A program made the translations under genes and the position numbers. The notes under the pieces are model-generated. The model had not been told where the DNA came from, searched no databases, and saw only the letters and a program-made list of their open reading frames with translations. Source: Candidatus Latescibacterota bacterium (GTDB lineage: Bacteria > Latescibacterota > UBA2968 > UBA8231). From it: 64,000 nt of DNA. Location: assembly GCA_965217585.1 (NCBI GenBank), contig OZ244561.1, positions 2,016,001 to 2,080,000 on the forward strand. Reading direction: 5' to 3'. Below are positions 1-10,267 of this stretch, in pieces (position 1 is the first letter of the stretch; every line of letters begins with the position of its first letter).

Positions 1-1316
1 CGGGCGGCGAACAAATAGTCGAACAAGATCTCCGTCGCCTCCGGCGTACCAATGCGCTCCAAGGTCTTGGCCGCCTTGGCGCTGACATAGCGATTTGGAT
101 CGTCTAGAGCGGCCACCACGGCTGGCTGCACAGCCTCGGCAGCCGCGCCAAGCCGCGCCAAGCCCAAAGCGGCATTGCGCCGCACCCATTCGTCGTCGTC
201 GCCCAAAACTGCGGCCAGTTCCTCTAGCACCGCTGAGGGCAATGCTCCCATGGCACCCAAGGCTTCGGCGGCGTGGCCCCGCACCTGGTCCGACGCATCG
301 CCCAGCACCCGCTGCAACGCCGGCACCGCCGGGGCACTCGCCCGACCCATATCGCCTAGACTATCGACCGCGGCTAGCCGCACGTCCGGATCGTCATCGG
401 CGCAGGCTTGCGCTAGAGCCTCGACTGCGGCCGGACCGGCCGCGGCCAAACCATAGCCAGCGTTGCGCCGCACGTGTTCTGATCCCTGGCGCAAACAGTC
501 GATGAGCGGCCCCACGGCTGGCTCCCCAGCGCGACCGAGGGCATAGGCCGCCGCTTGACTGGCCGCCTCGGAATCGCCCAGCAGCGCCTGCAGCAGCGCC
601 GACTGTTCGGTGGTATCCACAGCAAGGCCCTCGGACTGGCCGCCGTACCATTCCCACATACTGTGCCACATGGGTGCTTCGGCATGCCCATTCCCAGCCC
701 AAGGTTTTCCAGTCGCGTCCCAACTAGGCCCATCCGGTTCTTCGAGGCGGACGAAGAGGAACTTGACCATATAGCGATCCTGCTCGGTGCTATTGGGCGT
801 GGCTCGGTGCCACAGGTCGTAGTGGACAATGGCGACCGTCCCAGCCTCCCCCGTAAGCGCGACTGCCCGCTCCTCATCGCCTTGGTCGAGGCGGTTGCGG
901 TAGTGACTGCCGGGGACAACGCCGGTGGGGCCGCGCTCGACCGGCGTGTCCTGCGGATAGTAAAAGGCCATCGCCCAGCGCAGGCGGTGGTGCCGCCGGC
1001 TCCAGCTATCCTTGTGTAGCCCCTGCCCCTCCGAACCTGGCTTGTTGAAATGGCAGAAACGATGCGGATGCAAATAGTATCCCGGCCCCAAGATACTGGT
1101 CAGGGCTCCCGTCACTTGGGGTTGGTCGAATACCTGCTGCAAGTCGGGGATGCGGGGCAATAGGTTGTTGCCTGGATTGCCCTCGGCAGTCAAGACCTCC
1201 TCTATTTGCCCATAAATGGATTGGTGAAAATCCGCGGGCAAATCCGTTTTGACCACTGTATAGCCATCGGCGATGAAAGACTGCATGCGGCTATCGTCCA
1301 ACAGGATCGAGTCCAT
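1..1316 (-). CDS. Phytanoyl-CoA dioxygenase (PhyH)-family domain fused to C-terminal HEAT/PBS-lyase repeats; 3' end runs off the window
   Basis: Not in the ORF track because no stop lies in the window. Manual translation from ATG 1316 (GAGGAG SD upstream): MDSILLDDSRMQSFIADGY...LHKDSW...LWHRATPN, then repeats such as DDDPDVRLAAVDSLG, DASDQVRGHAAEALG, DDDEWVRRNAALGLA. Confidence 0.85.
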   Translation of the reverse strand, partial: MDSILLDDSRMQSFIADGYTVVKTDLPADFHQSIYGQIEEVLTAEGNPGNNLLPRIPDLQQVFDQPQVTGALTSILGPGYYLHPHRFCHFNKPGSEGQGLHKDSWSRRHHRLRWAMAFYYPQDTPVERGPTGVVPGSHYRNRLDQGDEERAVALTGEAGTVAIVHYDLWHRATPNSTEQDRYMVKFLFVRLEEPDGPSWDATGKPWAGNGHAEAPMWHSMWEWYGGQSEGLAVDTTEQSALLQALLGDSEAASQAAAYALGRAGEPAVGPLIDCLRQGSEHVRRNAGYGLAAAGPAAVEALAQACADDDPDVRLAAVDSLGDMGRASAPAVPALQRVLGDASDQVRGHAAEALGAMGALPSAVLEELAAVLGDDDEWVRRNAALGLARLGAAAEAVQPAVVAALDDPNRYVSAKAAKTLERIGTPEATEILFDYLFAA

Positions 1317-1331
1317 AGCAAAGCTCCTCGT

Positions 1332-2207
1332 TTAGTGGATGAGAGCCTCGCCCGGCATCCGGTTCCAGGGGACGGGTGCGACGGTGCCCTCATAGGTGGG
1401 CAAAAGATCGGCAACCCGCGCTCTAGCCTCGTCGTCCCAGCCGACCCATTCGCGGGGGCGGGCGATGGCGGCGCGGAGGCCATCGGAGAGCAGATCGAAG
1501 TACGGGAAATACCACAGGGTAATGACGGTGCGGCGCTGGGCCGATTTGTTGGCATGAGCCGAGTGCAACAGCCGCGAGTCGCCGATGACCACATCGCCCG
1601 CCGCCACGGGTACATTCACCTCTTCGGGAATCGACTGGTAGGCCGGATGGTCGGGGTCGGCCACGCGGCGGAGTTCGTCGGTGTGGGCATCGGGCACCTC
1701 GTCGTGCATGCGGTGGCGTTGCAGATGCGAGCGGCGCAACAGGCGCAGGCAGCCGTTGTGAGGCGTGGTATCGACGAGGTAGTACATCAGAAAAAGCTGC
1801 TGGGGCAGGGGCGTGTAACTCGAAGGATCGTCCCAGCCCCACCAGTCCTGATGCCAGAACAGCGCCGGGCTATTGGACGGTTTGCTGATGACGTAGCCAG
1901 ACATCCACCGAGGGCGCAGAAAGCCCAACGTTTCGAGCGCGGCGCCGGCGGGCGGATAGGCGACGAGCTCGGCGAAGATGGGATGGGCACCGACATCAAT
2001 CATGCTGCCGGTGGAACGCTGTTGGTCGCGCTTTTCTTGGTTTTGGGCGTCGAGGAGTTGGTCGGTGACTTGGCGCAGACGGTGAAGAATGTCGGCACCG
2101 AGGACGTCTCCTATCAAGCAGTAGCCGTCGCGGATGAGCTGGTCGAAGTTTGCTTTGGGGTCTTGTTGGGACATCAGCGGCGTTCCTGTCGTGTCGATGG
2201 TAGGCAA
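1332..2207 (-). CDS. PhyH-family Fe(II)/2-oxoglutarate dioxygenase
   Basis: RDGYCLI, WHQD and GDVVIGDSRLLHSAHAN motifs; the real start may be a few codons downstream. Confidence 0.88.
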   Translation of the reverse strand: MPTIDTTGTPLMSQQDPKANFDQLIRDGYCLIGDVLGADILHRLRQVTDQLLDAQNQEKRDQQRSTGSMIDVGAHPIFAELVAYPPAGAALETLGFLRPRWMSGYVISKPSNSPALFWHQDWWGWDDPSSYTPLPQQLFLMYYLVDTTPHNGCLRLLRRSHLQRHRMHDEVPDAHTDELRRVADPDHPAYQSIPEEVNVPVAAGDVVIGDSRLLHSAHANKSAQRRTVITLWYFPYFDLLSDGLRAAIARPREWVGWDDEARARVADLLPTYEGTVAPVPWNRMPGEALIH

Positions 2208-2258
2208 CGTAAGGTATCAGTCAGGCATTGTCCACAAAGAAGCCGATATACAACCCCC

Positions 2259-4418
2259 TCAGCCAATGGCGAAAACTACATTGCCCATCTTACCGGTGAA
2301 ATAATCGATCACCACCCAGAGCCCGTTGCACAGCGCCTCGCCCATGATCAGCCCTAGGAAAAAAGTCTCGCTGGCGCGATAGACGGAGGCCCCACCGAAG
2401 CGCAAAATGGCTTTTTTGACCGACCAAGCGATAAAAACGCTAAACCAGATGTGGTTCATCAGCATGTTGGCCCCAATGGGAAATCCGACCGGGTGAAAAG
2501 GCCACCACAACAGCCGCTGGCGCACCCAAGTCAACAGCAGCATCACCACCCCGCCCCCGGCGAAAAAGCCCAAGCCCTGCCAATACACCCCCGAGGGCTC
2601 TAAATTGTGCACGGCCCGCTCGAAAATGGTCCACGGCCCGCTCTTAAAGCGCCAGCCATCCAAGTTGATGCCGCCGTGGATATGCACCAAGTGGAAGACC
2701 ATCCAACACGAACCCACCGCGCCGATCAATAGGGCTAGGACAATACCCCAAAAGACATAGCGCCGACTTTTGCGGTCCATCTCCTCGATTAGCTTGAGCC
2801 CGTTGGCTAACACCGCCATGACGAAGATGCGGATATCGGCGCACCAGATATAGGCCAGCGACAAATTGAATACCCCGCTGGCTCCCACTAACTGCGAACC
2901 CAGCCCTTGCACGACCAAGTCCGGAGCAATCATGGGGGACCGCACTGCGGCCAGACCAGCCTCGGCCACCACCCGGGTGATACCGACAAAGATCAGCAGA
3001 GCGAGCCCCACAAAGAGCAGCGCTACCCACAACTTAGTGCCCATGATCCACAGCCAAAGACTCATGGCAGTGCTGCCCCCCACCAAGCCGATGACAGTGC
3101 TGCGGTACGACATAATCTCGTCGCTGTCGTCAACCTCCGGGGCCCGTCCCAGGGCCTTGGCGAGGACGGCCTTGAGATGCGCTCGACCGATCCAAAAACC
3201 CAGCAGCACCATGGCGATTAAGGCACCGCCCCCCTGATAGGCCAAAAGAGCGTGTTCGTGGACCCCGTACACAAAGCGCTGGTCGGCCTGTACCCCGGTG
3301 ACCAACAAGGTTTCGTATTCGACTTTGGACAGCAAGTGGAATAGCCACAAACCCGCCGCCACCTGCGTATTGATCAAATAGGAAAAACCGATCATGGCAA
3401 AACGAACGGAGAACTGCAACCTTTGCTGACCGACAAAGGGCAAGGTCCAGTGCAAGTTTAAGGTGGGCACCGACGAATCGTAGTGGTGCAGGGCCGTCAG
3501 CGACCCGACCAGCAGCGGAATGGCCGCCCCACACCAAAAAGCCCGCCTGCGGAACAAGCCGTTGACCAAGCCCTCTTTCTCCTCGCCGGCTACTAGGGCC
3601 AGTCCCACTTGGGTCAGCGGATAGGCCAAGCGTTCGCGCTCCATCCACTGGCGCCGCAAAATCACCGCGGCCGAGACCATGACTGCGTACAGGGCCAGCA
3701 GGAAAATCGCCCACCAGCACAAAGGCTCGACCCAAGCTCCATAGTTGATTTCGAGCCCGGCTGCTCCTTCGTAAAAGGCCCTATTCTCCCGCCCGTCGTT
3801 GACCAACACTTGGTGCGGCGGCAGATGCGGCAGCAGCTTTTCCAGCCATTTATTTTCGGGCGAGGCGTAGTAAAAGAAGGCTGTGATACCCGGCAGCAAC
3901 TGCTGGCTCATCCCCATAGTGCACAGGGCCGAAACCACTAACAGCATGATATATACCAGCACTAACTCGGCCCGGTTGAGGACTAGGGTGAGCCCGTTCC
4001 AGACTAAAGGCAGATTGATCAGGATGGAAGAGACGATAAATAGGTTGAACAACAGGCCGGGCGAATGAAAATCCAATTCGCCCCGGGGGCCGTACCAAAC
4101 TAGGAACAACCCCACGGCTCCCACTGCCGTGGACAAGGCTCGCTCCCGACTGCGCCCCACTACCTTGAACAATAGATTGAGCAGGCCGACCAACACCAAA
4201 AAGAGGAAAATGGCCCCCGGCGTATTGAAGTCGAAAGCCATGACCGTGGAACGCATGGCCATGCGTACATAAGGGGCCCCCACAGCGAGGTACAGACTTA
4301 AAAAAGCCCCCACCCAAAGACCGCGGGCCGACAGCCCGAAGCGGCCGTTTCTCTGGTCCAGCAAAGAGCCCCGGTCTTTTAGGTATCTGTGGTATGTCCG
4401 GGAAATCTCTTTTTTCAA
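2259..4418 (-). CDS. Large polytopic membrane protein, DUF6785/DUF6784-like (putative transporter)
   Basis: 719 aa with many TM segments; RRQWMERERLAYPL and C-terminal WWPFHPVGF motifs typical of this family. Confidence 0.7.
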   Translation of the reverse strand: MKKEISRTYHRYLKDRGSLLDQRNGRFGLSARGLWVGAFLSLYLAVGAPYVRMAMRSTVMAFDFNTPGAIFLFLVLVGLLNLLFKVVGRSRERALSTAVGAVGLFLVWYGPRGELDFHSPGLLFNLFIVSSILINLPLVWNGLTLVLNRAELVLVYIMLLVVSALCTMGMSQQLLPGITAFFYYASPENKWLEKLLPHLPPHQVLVNDGRENRAFYEGAAGLEINYGAWVEPLCWWAIFLLALYAVMVSAAVILRRQWMERERLAYPLTQVGLALVAGEEKEGLVNGLFRRRAFWCGAAIPLLVGSLTALHHYDSSVPTLNLHWTLPFVGQQRLQFSVRFAMIGFSYLINTQVAAGLWLFHLLSKVEYETLLVTGVQADQRFVYGVHEHALLAYQGGGALIAMVLLGFWIGRAHLKAVLAKALGRAPEVDDSDEIMSYRSTVIGLVGGSTAMSLWLWIMGTKLWVALLFVGLALLIFVGITRVVAEAGLAAVRSPMIAPDLVVQGLGSQLVGASGVFNLSLAYIWCADIRIFVMAVLANGLKLIEEMDRKSRRYVFWGIVLALLIGAVGSCWMVFHLVHIHGGINLDGWRFKSGPWTIFERAVHNLEPSGVYWQGLGFFAGGGVVMLLLTWVRQRLLWWPFHPVGFPIGANMLMNHIWFSVFIAWSVKKAILRFGGASVYRASETFFLGLIMGEALCNGLWVVIDYFTGKMGNVVFAIG

Positions 4419-4533
4419 CGGGGATCCTTCCGGCCGGGAGAAGACCGCGCAATAGTCTACAAATTTACCTATATACTCGTGCGCGAACCCGGCTCACTCC
4501 CCGCTTCCTCGCCAATTCAGATCGATGCTGGTA

Positions 4534-5391
4534 TTATCCGGCCGCCATTTCCCCTTGGCGCGAGCGCTCCTGCAAGTCGTAGAGCGAGGAAATGGCGTCC
4601 TTGTACAGCGGGATGGGAAAGGAGCGCTCCTCGAAACGCGCTGTGTGCGCGAACCGGCCGCGCACTAGGCGCGCATTGGCCTCGGTCTTGTACGTCATCT
4701 CGCCGGTGTAGATCGGAAAGGCATCGGCGGCGCGGTAGCTGAGGATCAGGGTGCGCCGCGGTTTGTCGGAGACATTGGCGATGGAGGCATGAGGGGTCAT
4801 CGCATGCATGAAGATGACCGTGCCCGCCACGCCGGGGATCGGCACGGCTAGGGATTGATCAACCGCTTCGGTAACTCGGCCTTGAAAAAAGCCGTCGGTG
4901 CTGTGCGACAGCAGATCAGCCCGATGGCGGCGGGGGATGACTTGCAAACAGCCGTTTTCAACGGTCGCGTCGTCGAAATAAAAAAGGATACTCACCGAGC
5001 CGCGATGGGTCAGCGGGTAGTAGGAAAGGTCTTGGTGCCACTCAACGGGCGAGCCGACGCCGGCCGGTTTCATATTGATCTTGCTGTAGTGGAAGACCAA
5101 GTCCGGGCCGAGCAGGGCCTCGACCGCGTCGAGGAGCCGCTCCGATGCGGAGAATGCCCGGAAGACCTCGTAGTGGCTGCAAGGCTCGTACAGGCGGCGC
5201 ACCTGCGTGCCGCCGGGAGGCTGGTTCGGCTCCATCTCCATCCGGGTGGCGTCGTGGTTGGCAAGCGTACTACCGGTGCTAACGGCGTCCATCTCGCGCA
5301 GGAAGGCCGCTATCTCTGCGGCACTGAGGAAGCCGGGGACAGCGACGTAGCCTTCGGTGTGGTAGTGTTCGACTTGTGCGGTGGTCAACAT
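4534..5391 (-). CDS. PhyH-family dioxygenase
   Basis: Start re-assigned to MLTTAQVEHYHTEGY at 5391; HYSKINMK, WHQD, TPHASIAN motifs. Confidence 0.88.
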   Translation of the reverse strand: MLTTAQVEHYHTEGYVAVPGFLSAAEIAAFLREMDAVSTGSTLANHDATRMEMEPNQPPGGTQVRRLYEPCSHYEVFRAFSASERLLDAVEALLGPDLVFHYSKINMKPAGVGSPVEWHQDLSYYPLTHRGSVSILFYFDDATVENGCLQVIPRRHRADLLSHSTDGFFQGRVTEAVDQSLAVPIPGVAGTVIFMHAMTPHASIANVSDKPRRTLILSYRAADAFPIYTGEMTYKTEANARLVRGRFAHTARFEERSFPIPLYKDAISSLYDLQERSRQGEMAAG

Positions 5392-5405
5392 GGGTTGGTT
5401 TCTCC

Positions 5406-6149
5406 TTACCATTTCTCTATGGCGCCCATCAGCATTTTCTGCTGGTCGGTACCCGTGGCGCGGACTTTCTGCGCGAAGGGGCCGTCGAAGGGCTCGCGGG
5501 ATTTCATCCAGGCGGTCTGGTAGCACATCAGGCAGACGCGGCGGCGCACCGACGACTGGTTGGCCGCGCCGCGGTGATAGAGGCAGCCATCGAACATCAC
5601 CGCCTGACCCGGCCGGGCGAACACCCACTTCTCCTCGGGGAAGCGCGGATGACCGGCGGGCGGGCGGAAAGGGGCGCGGTGGCTGCCGGGGACGATGACG
5701 ATGGCACCGTTGTCCTCGTCCAATTCGTCCAAGTAGTAGCCGCAGTTGATCTGGCCGGGCAACGCGCCGTAGGGCGTGCCATCGGGATCGATGGGCCAGG
5801 GCACGTCGCGGTGCCAGTTTTGCTCCTCCTGCCCCGGCGCGGTGACGCGGGCCGTGGCACTGTGGAGCTGGACGCAGGTGCCCAGAATTGCCTGCATCCT
5901 CTCCAGCACGGGCGGGTTGTCGAGCAGGAAAGCGAAGGCCGCGTCCTCTTCGAGGAGCTGGTGGATAAACTGCTCGCCGCTCCCGCGCGCAAAGGCCGCA
6001 TCGAGGGCGGTGCGCAGGGTCTCGACCTGCGCCTCGGTGATGGCATCTTCGACGACGAGATAGCCCCACTTGCGGAAGAAGGCCACATCCTCGGCGATTT
6101 CAGACGTCAGCTTGGGATTGAGGTGCTGCGGGTAGGGCGGTTGCGTCAT
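5406..6149 (-). CDS. PhyH-family dioxygenase
   Basis: ATG 6149 preceded by AGGAG; FFRKWGYLV, WHRD, YHRGAAN motifs. Confidence 0.88.
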   Translation of the reverse strand: MTQPPYPQHLNPKLTSEIAEDVAFFRKWGYLVVEDAITEAQVETLRTALDAAFARGSGEQFIHQLLEEDAAFAFLLDNPPVLERMQAILGTCVQLHSATARVTAPGQEEQNWHRDVPWPIDPDGTPYGALPGQINCGYYLDELDEDNGAIVIVPGSHRAPFRPPAGHPRFPEEKWVFARPGQAVMFDGCLYHRGAANQSSVRRRVCLMCYQTAWMKSREPFDGPFAQKVRATGTDQQKMLMGAIEKW

Positions 6150-6371
6150 GTTTCGCAGTACTCCTGTGTGCATTGCGGTCGCCAGAGGGCAAAGTGCCAC
6201 CCGAATACATATTGCGCGGCAGGCTCTTTGTCAACGAAACGGACGGCGGCGTTTGGTTGACCCTGCGCTGGCCATGACGCTCATTACAGGGCAGACGAAC
6301 GCCGCATTCGGGCCGGTTGCCAAGTTGTACCGGCAGACGTACACAGCCTTTTTACTTCAAAGGAGCGATCC

Positions 6372-8129
6372 ATGAGCTATCTAAATCCCCGCGCCATCGC
6401 CATTGACACGCCGATGCCTCCGCCCGCTTGGGCGCTGTTGGAATGGGAACTGATTCGGGCGCAAACTAGGGGATGCACGGAATTTTTCGACAAGTACTTC
6501 GACGAGCGGGGCTATTTGGAGTGCCTCCCGCGCTGGGGTGGCAACGACGGCCCGGACGACGCCATCGAAAACTTGGTCCACTGGCCAGTGCTCTACGTCC
6601 TAGGCGGCGGGGCCCATCTGTATGATATGTGCCAGTTGGCATGGGAGGGGCATCTCAAACAATACACCGAGGCCAAAACCACGGAGGTACCCTTTACCCG
6701 GGACGGGATGTACTATCGCGAATTTCCGGTGATGTTCGACTGGGTACACAACGGGGAGGGGCTGACGACGTTCAACCTGCACGGGTTGATGAACCCACGC
6801 GAGCAATCATTTGAGCAGCGGGTGCGGCGCTACGCCGGATTTTACATGGGCCACGACCCGCAGGCACCCAACTACGACCCCGAACACAAAATCATCAAGA
6901 GTCTGTTCAACGGCAGCCGCGGACCGCTGCTGCGCAAGGCCACGGCGCTCGACTGGGCCGGCGACCCGCTCGACGAGGTGCAGGAGCGCTTTATCCCCCT
7001 GCACGGGGAGCGCAACTTCGAGGAGATGCTGGCCCACTTCAAAGACTACACCGACGTCGTCGGCGACCATCCGCAGAACATGGTGGCGACGGCCTTAGGG
7101 CTGAACGCGTACGCGCTGACGGGCGAAGACTCATACAAGGACTGGGTGCTAGAATACGTCGAAGCTTGGCGGCAGCGCACTCTCGCCAACGATGGGATCA
7201 TCCCGACCAATATCGGACTCGACGGGACCATCGGCGGCGAGTGCGACGGCAAGTGGTACGGGGGGTGTTACGGCTGGGCCTTTACGGTCGAGGTGCCCCA
7301 GACCGGGGAGCTAGCCAGCCGCAACTCGCACGGGCTGGGGATTTCGGGCTTTGGCAACGCACTGTTGCTATCGGGCGAGCAGCAATTAGTAGATGTGTGG
7401 CGGCAGATGATCGACAAAATCAACGCCAACGGGAAAGAAATCGACGGGCAGATGATGTACCCGCATATGTACGGGGACGAGGGCTGGTATGAATTTCGAC
7501 CAGGCCGCTATGCGCAGGGAGCGCAAGAGGTGTACTACTGGTCAATGGATCGGGCCGATCTGAGCCGGCTAAACGCGGCCAGCGGTTGGTTCGGCTTCTT
7601 GGAGGGACGCGACCCCACCTACCCGGAAGCTGCGCTACAGGCCGACTTTGCCCGCCTCCGCGAGCAAATGGAGAAGGTGCGCCGCGACCCGACGACGCCA
7701 GACACCCGGCTTTCGGACAATCCCAACCCATTCAACCCGGCCATCCCGGGCGGGCTGGCCCAGCTCATGTTGGGTGGACTGACGCCGCGCCACGGCTCGC
7801 CGCTGCACTGCCGGGTGCGCTACTTCGATCCACAGGCCGGACGGGCCGGGATGCCCGAGGGAGTGGGTGCGCTGATGGAGCGGCTAGGCGCGGACTCCAT
7901 GACGCTGACGCTGGTGAACACAGACCCAGTGGCCGGACGCGAAGTAATCGTGCAGGGCGGAGCCTATGCCGAGCACCAGTTTACAAGCGTGCGCGTGAGG
8001 GGGAAAGAAACGACGATAGATGACTCGGCCTTTGCAGTGGAGCTAGCGCCGGGAGCTGGGGAGACGCTAGAGATCGGAATGCGTCGGTATGCCAATGGGC
8101 CGACGTTTGCGTTTCCGTGGGACCGGTAG
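6372..8129 (+). CDS. Conserved hypothetical protein (585 aa), possibly an alpha-toroid glycosidase-like enzyme
   Basis: Long ORF with AAGGAG SD and aromatic/acidic-rich globular sequence; fold assignment is a guess. Confidence 0.6.
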   Translation: MSYLNPRAIAIDTPMPPPAWALLEWELIRAQTRGCTEFFDKYFDERGYLECLPRWGGNDGPDDAIENLVHWPVLYVLGGGAHLYDMCQLAWEGHLKQYTEAKTTEVPFTRDGMYYREFPVMFDWVHNGEGLTTFNLHGLMNPREQSFEQRVRRYAGFYMGHDPQAPNYDPEHKIIKSLFNGSRGPLLRKATALDWAGDPLDEVQERFIPLHGERNFEEMLAHFKDYTDVVGDHPQNMVATALGLNAYALTGEDSYKDWVLEYVEAWRQRTLANDGIIPTNIGLDGTIGGECDGKWYGGCYGWAFTVEVPQTGELASRNSHGLGISGFGNALLLSGEQQLVDVWRQMIDKINANGKEIDGQMMYPHMYGDEGWYEFRPGRYAQGAQEVYYWSMDRADLSRLNAASGWFGFLEGRDPTYPEAALQADFARLREQMEKVRRDPTTPDTRLSDNPNPFNPAIPGGLAQLMLGGLTPRHGSPLHCRVRYFDPQAGRAGMPEGVGALMERLGADSMTLTLVNTDPVAGREVIVQGGAYAEHQFTSVRVRGKETTIDDSAFAVELAPGAGETLEIGMRRYANGPTFAFPWDR

Positions 8130-8174
8130 TGCTGCTTCAGTAAGCGACTGCAACGAGAAAGGAAGGGTTTGCAG

Positions 8175-10178
8175 ATGAAAGCTCTCAACTTGTTGTCCCT
8201 ATCCTTAGCGGCTCTGCTCGCAGCCTGTGACGACCCTAGCCCGGTGAGCACCGACCAGCCACAAGCCGTAGCCAGCGGGCGCGTCACAACCGTTGATCAA
8301 GGCCCCGTCGCCTCGGCGCAGGTGGTCCTCTTCGACTTAGCGAACCTGCGTCAGGGGCCGAGCCAGACCGTGCAGACGGATGCCAACGGCTACTTCGCGT
8401 TAGCCTATCATCCGGGTCGATCTTATGGTTTATCCGTTTATGGCGAAGGGCTGGCCACGCATATAATCCCCTCGTTCGAATCTAGCGACGTGGGCGTCAT
8501 AACGATGCACAAGGCGACACAACCCCCAAGTGCGAAGAGACTAACGGGCGCAGGGATACTGGGGGATGTCGATGGCAACGGCGTCGTTGACCAGCAAGAT
8601 CTTATACGGATTGCCCTGTATGCCCTCGACGACGCGGCAGACTTGCCCGACACCGGCGACATCCTGCTGGGCGACATTGACGCAGACGGAGCGGTCACTT
8701 TCTACGATGCGTATCTCGTGTGGCTGTATCTCAACGATCCAGCGCACTCGTTGCTGCCTCCAGGGATAGGCCTGCCGCCTTCGCTGCTGACGCCGGATCC
8801 GACGACCATAGCGTTCGCGCCGGACGGGGCTTGGCACACCTTCATCGTCCACGCTGACGCGCCGGTAGTCATCGTCGCCAATCCCGCCGATTCCAACCCC
8901 ATCTTTGCGATCGCCAACACAGCGGGTCGGGATGACTGGTGCCCGGCCGAGACTAATGACGAAGAAACTCAGCAGCCCGGCCAACGCATTCACTTAGCGG
9001 CCTGCGGTACGGGCACGGGCACGGTGGAGGTACGCAGCGCCGCGGACGGTTCGGTCGTGCAGACCTACACTATAGAGGTCGCTCCGCCAGCGGAACCGCC
9101 GCGCCTTTCTATACTGCCTCCCACGCTCGACTTTGGCCGCGATAAGACTAGCCTGCGTCTGTCGCTGAAAAACATTGGCGGCGGCCTGCTCAATTTCACC
9201 ATTGAATCCGTCCCCGCCTGGATAACCCTGAGCCAAACCCAAGGCATCCTAGCCGACGAGGCCCTAAGTATAGAAGTGCAGATTGACCGAGCGCAGGCAC
9301 CCTTTTTGGCCAACCCGGCCTTGGTGATCACCACGAGCGACGAACGCCGTGAAGTGCCTCTGCAGGTCAATATCTTAGCTATCATCACCCAACTCACTGA
9401 CCACCCCGCCGAAGACGTGGTCGCTTCTTGGTCGCCGGATGGGAAGTACCTCGCCTTTACTTCGGCACGCGAAGGCAACAAGCAGGTGTATGTAATGGAC
9501 GCCGACGGGCAAAACATCACCCGTCTCACTTACCACGACGCCGAAAACTTGGAACCTTCATGGTCGCCGGATGGACGCCGCATCACCTTCTTATCCTTGC
9601 GCGACGGCAACTGGGAAGTATATGTGATGGACGCCGACGGGCATAATCCCACCCGCCTCACCTACCACGACGCCGAAGACAAGGATCCTGTTTGGTCGCC
9701 GGATGGACGCCGCATGGCCTTCACGTCCTTGCGCGACGGCAACTGGGAAGTATATGTGATGGACGCCGACGGGCATAATCCCATCCGCCTCACCTATCAC
9801 GGTGCGGACAACTGGGATCCTGTTTGGTCGCCGGATGGACGCCGCATGGCCTTCACGTCCTTGCGCGACGGCAACTGGGAAGTATATGTGATGGACGCCG
9901 ACGGGCATAATCCCATCCGCCTCACCTACCACGGTGCGGACAACCACCTTCCTTCTTGGTCGCCGGATGGACGCCGCATGGCCTTCACGTCCTTGCGCGA
10001 CGGCAACTGGGAAGTATATGTGATGGACGCCGACGGGCATAATCCCATCCGCCTCACCTACCACCCCAGCCAAGACTGGTCCCCTATTTGGTCGCCGGAT
10101 GGTGAGCGCATGGCCTTCTCGTCTTTCCGCGACGGTAATTGGAATGTTTACTTACTAACACTTGGTGGGACACCGTGA
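8175..10178 (+). CDS. Lipoprotein: beta-sandwich + type I dockerin + BACON-like domain + PD40 (TolB-like) beta-propeller
   Basis: Lipobox LLAAC; two GDVDGNG/GDIDADG dockerin motifs; PAWITLSQTQG; six WSPDG repeats. Confidence 0.85.
   Translation: MKALNLLSLSLAALLAACDDPSPVSTDQPQAVASGRVTTVDQGPVASAQVVLFDLANLRQGPSQTVQTDANGYFALAYHPGRSYGLSVYGEGLATHIIPSFESSDVGVITMHKATQPPSAKRLTGAGILGDVDGNGVVDQQDLIRIALYALDDAADLPDTGDILLGDIDADGAVTFYDAYLVWLYLNDPAHSLLPPGIGLPPSLLTPDPTTIAFAPDGAWHTFIVHADAPVVIVANPADSNPIFAIANTAGRDDWCPAETNDEETQQPGQRIHLAACGTGTGTVEVRSAADGSVVQTYTIEVAPPAEPPRLSILPPTLDFGRDKTSLRLSLKNIGGGLLNFTIESVPAWITLSQTQGILADEALSIEVQIDRAQAPFLANPALVITTSDERREVPLQVNILAIITQLTDHPAEDVVASWSPDGKYLAFTSAREGNKQVYVMDADGQNITRLTYHDAENLEPSWSPDGRRITFLSLRDGNWEVYVMDADGHNPTRLTYHDAEDKDPVWSPDGRRMAFTSLRDGNWEVYVMDADGHNPIRLTYHGADNWDPVWSPDGRRMAFTSLRDGNWEVYVMDADGHNPIRLTYHGADNHLPSWSPDGRRMAFTSLRDGNWEVYVMDADGHNPIRLTYHPSQDWSPIWSPDGERMAFSSFRDGNWNVYLLTLGGTP
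9429..10150 (+). repeat. Six 132-bp (44-aa) intragenic tandem repeats encoding PD40 blades
   Basis: TGGTCGCCGGATGG recurs at 9429, 9561, 9693, 9825, 9957 and 10089; the central units are nearly identical at DNA level. Confidence 0.95.
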
Positions 10179-10267
10179 GCGGCAAGTAGCCCTTACCGCA
10201 GCTTCTTAATTAAGACGCGACGAATACATAAGACGGCTCAACTGAGACGACTCCCCCGCATTTGTCA

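Noticed and set aside
1206-2357. Long antisense ORFs (1206..2357, 5376..6260, 27027..27983, 28364..29356, 58213..59124 and others)
   Set aside because: Shadow ORFs opposite well-supported genes, expected in GC-rich DNA.
5392-6069. 511-aa ORF 4534..6069 as one long protein
   Set aside because: The N-terminal extension is an alternative frame of the upstream PhyH gene; the true start is 5391.
9429-10150. Repeat/variable-spacer pattern resembling a CRISPR array
   Set aside because: Units are 132 bp, in frame inside a PD40 protein, and no cas genes are present.
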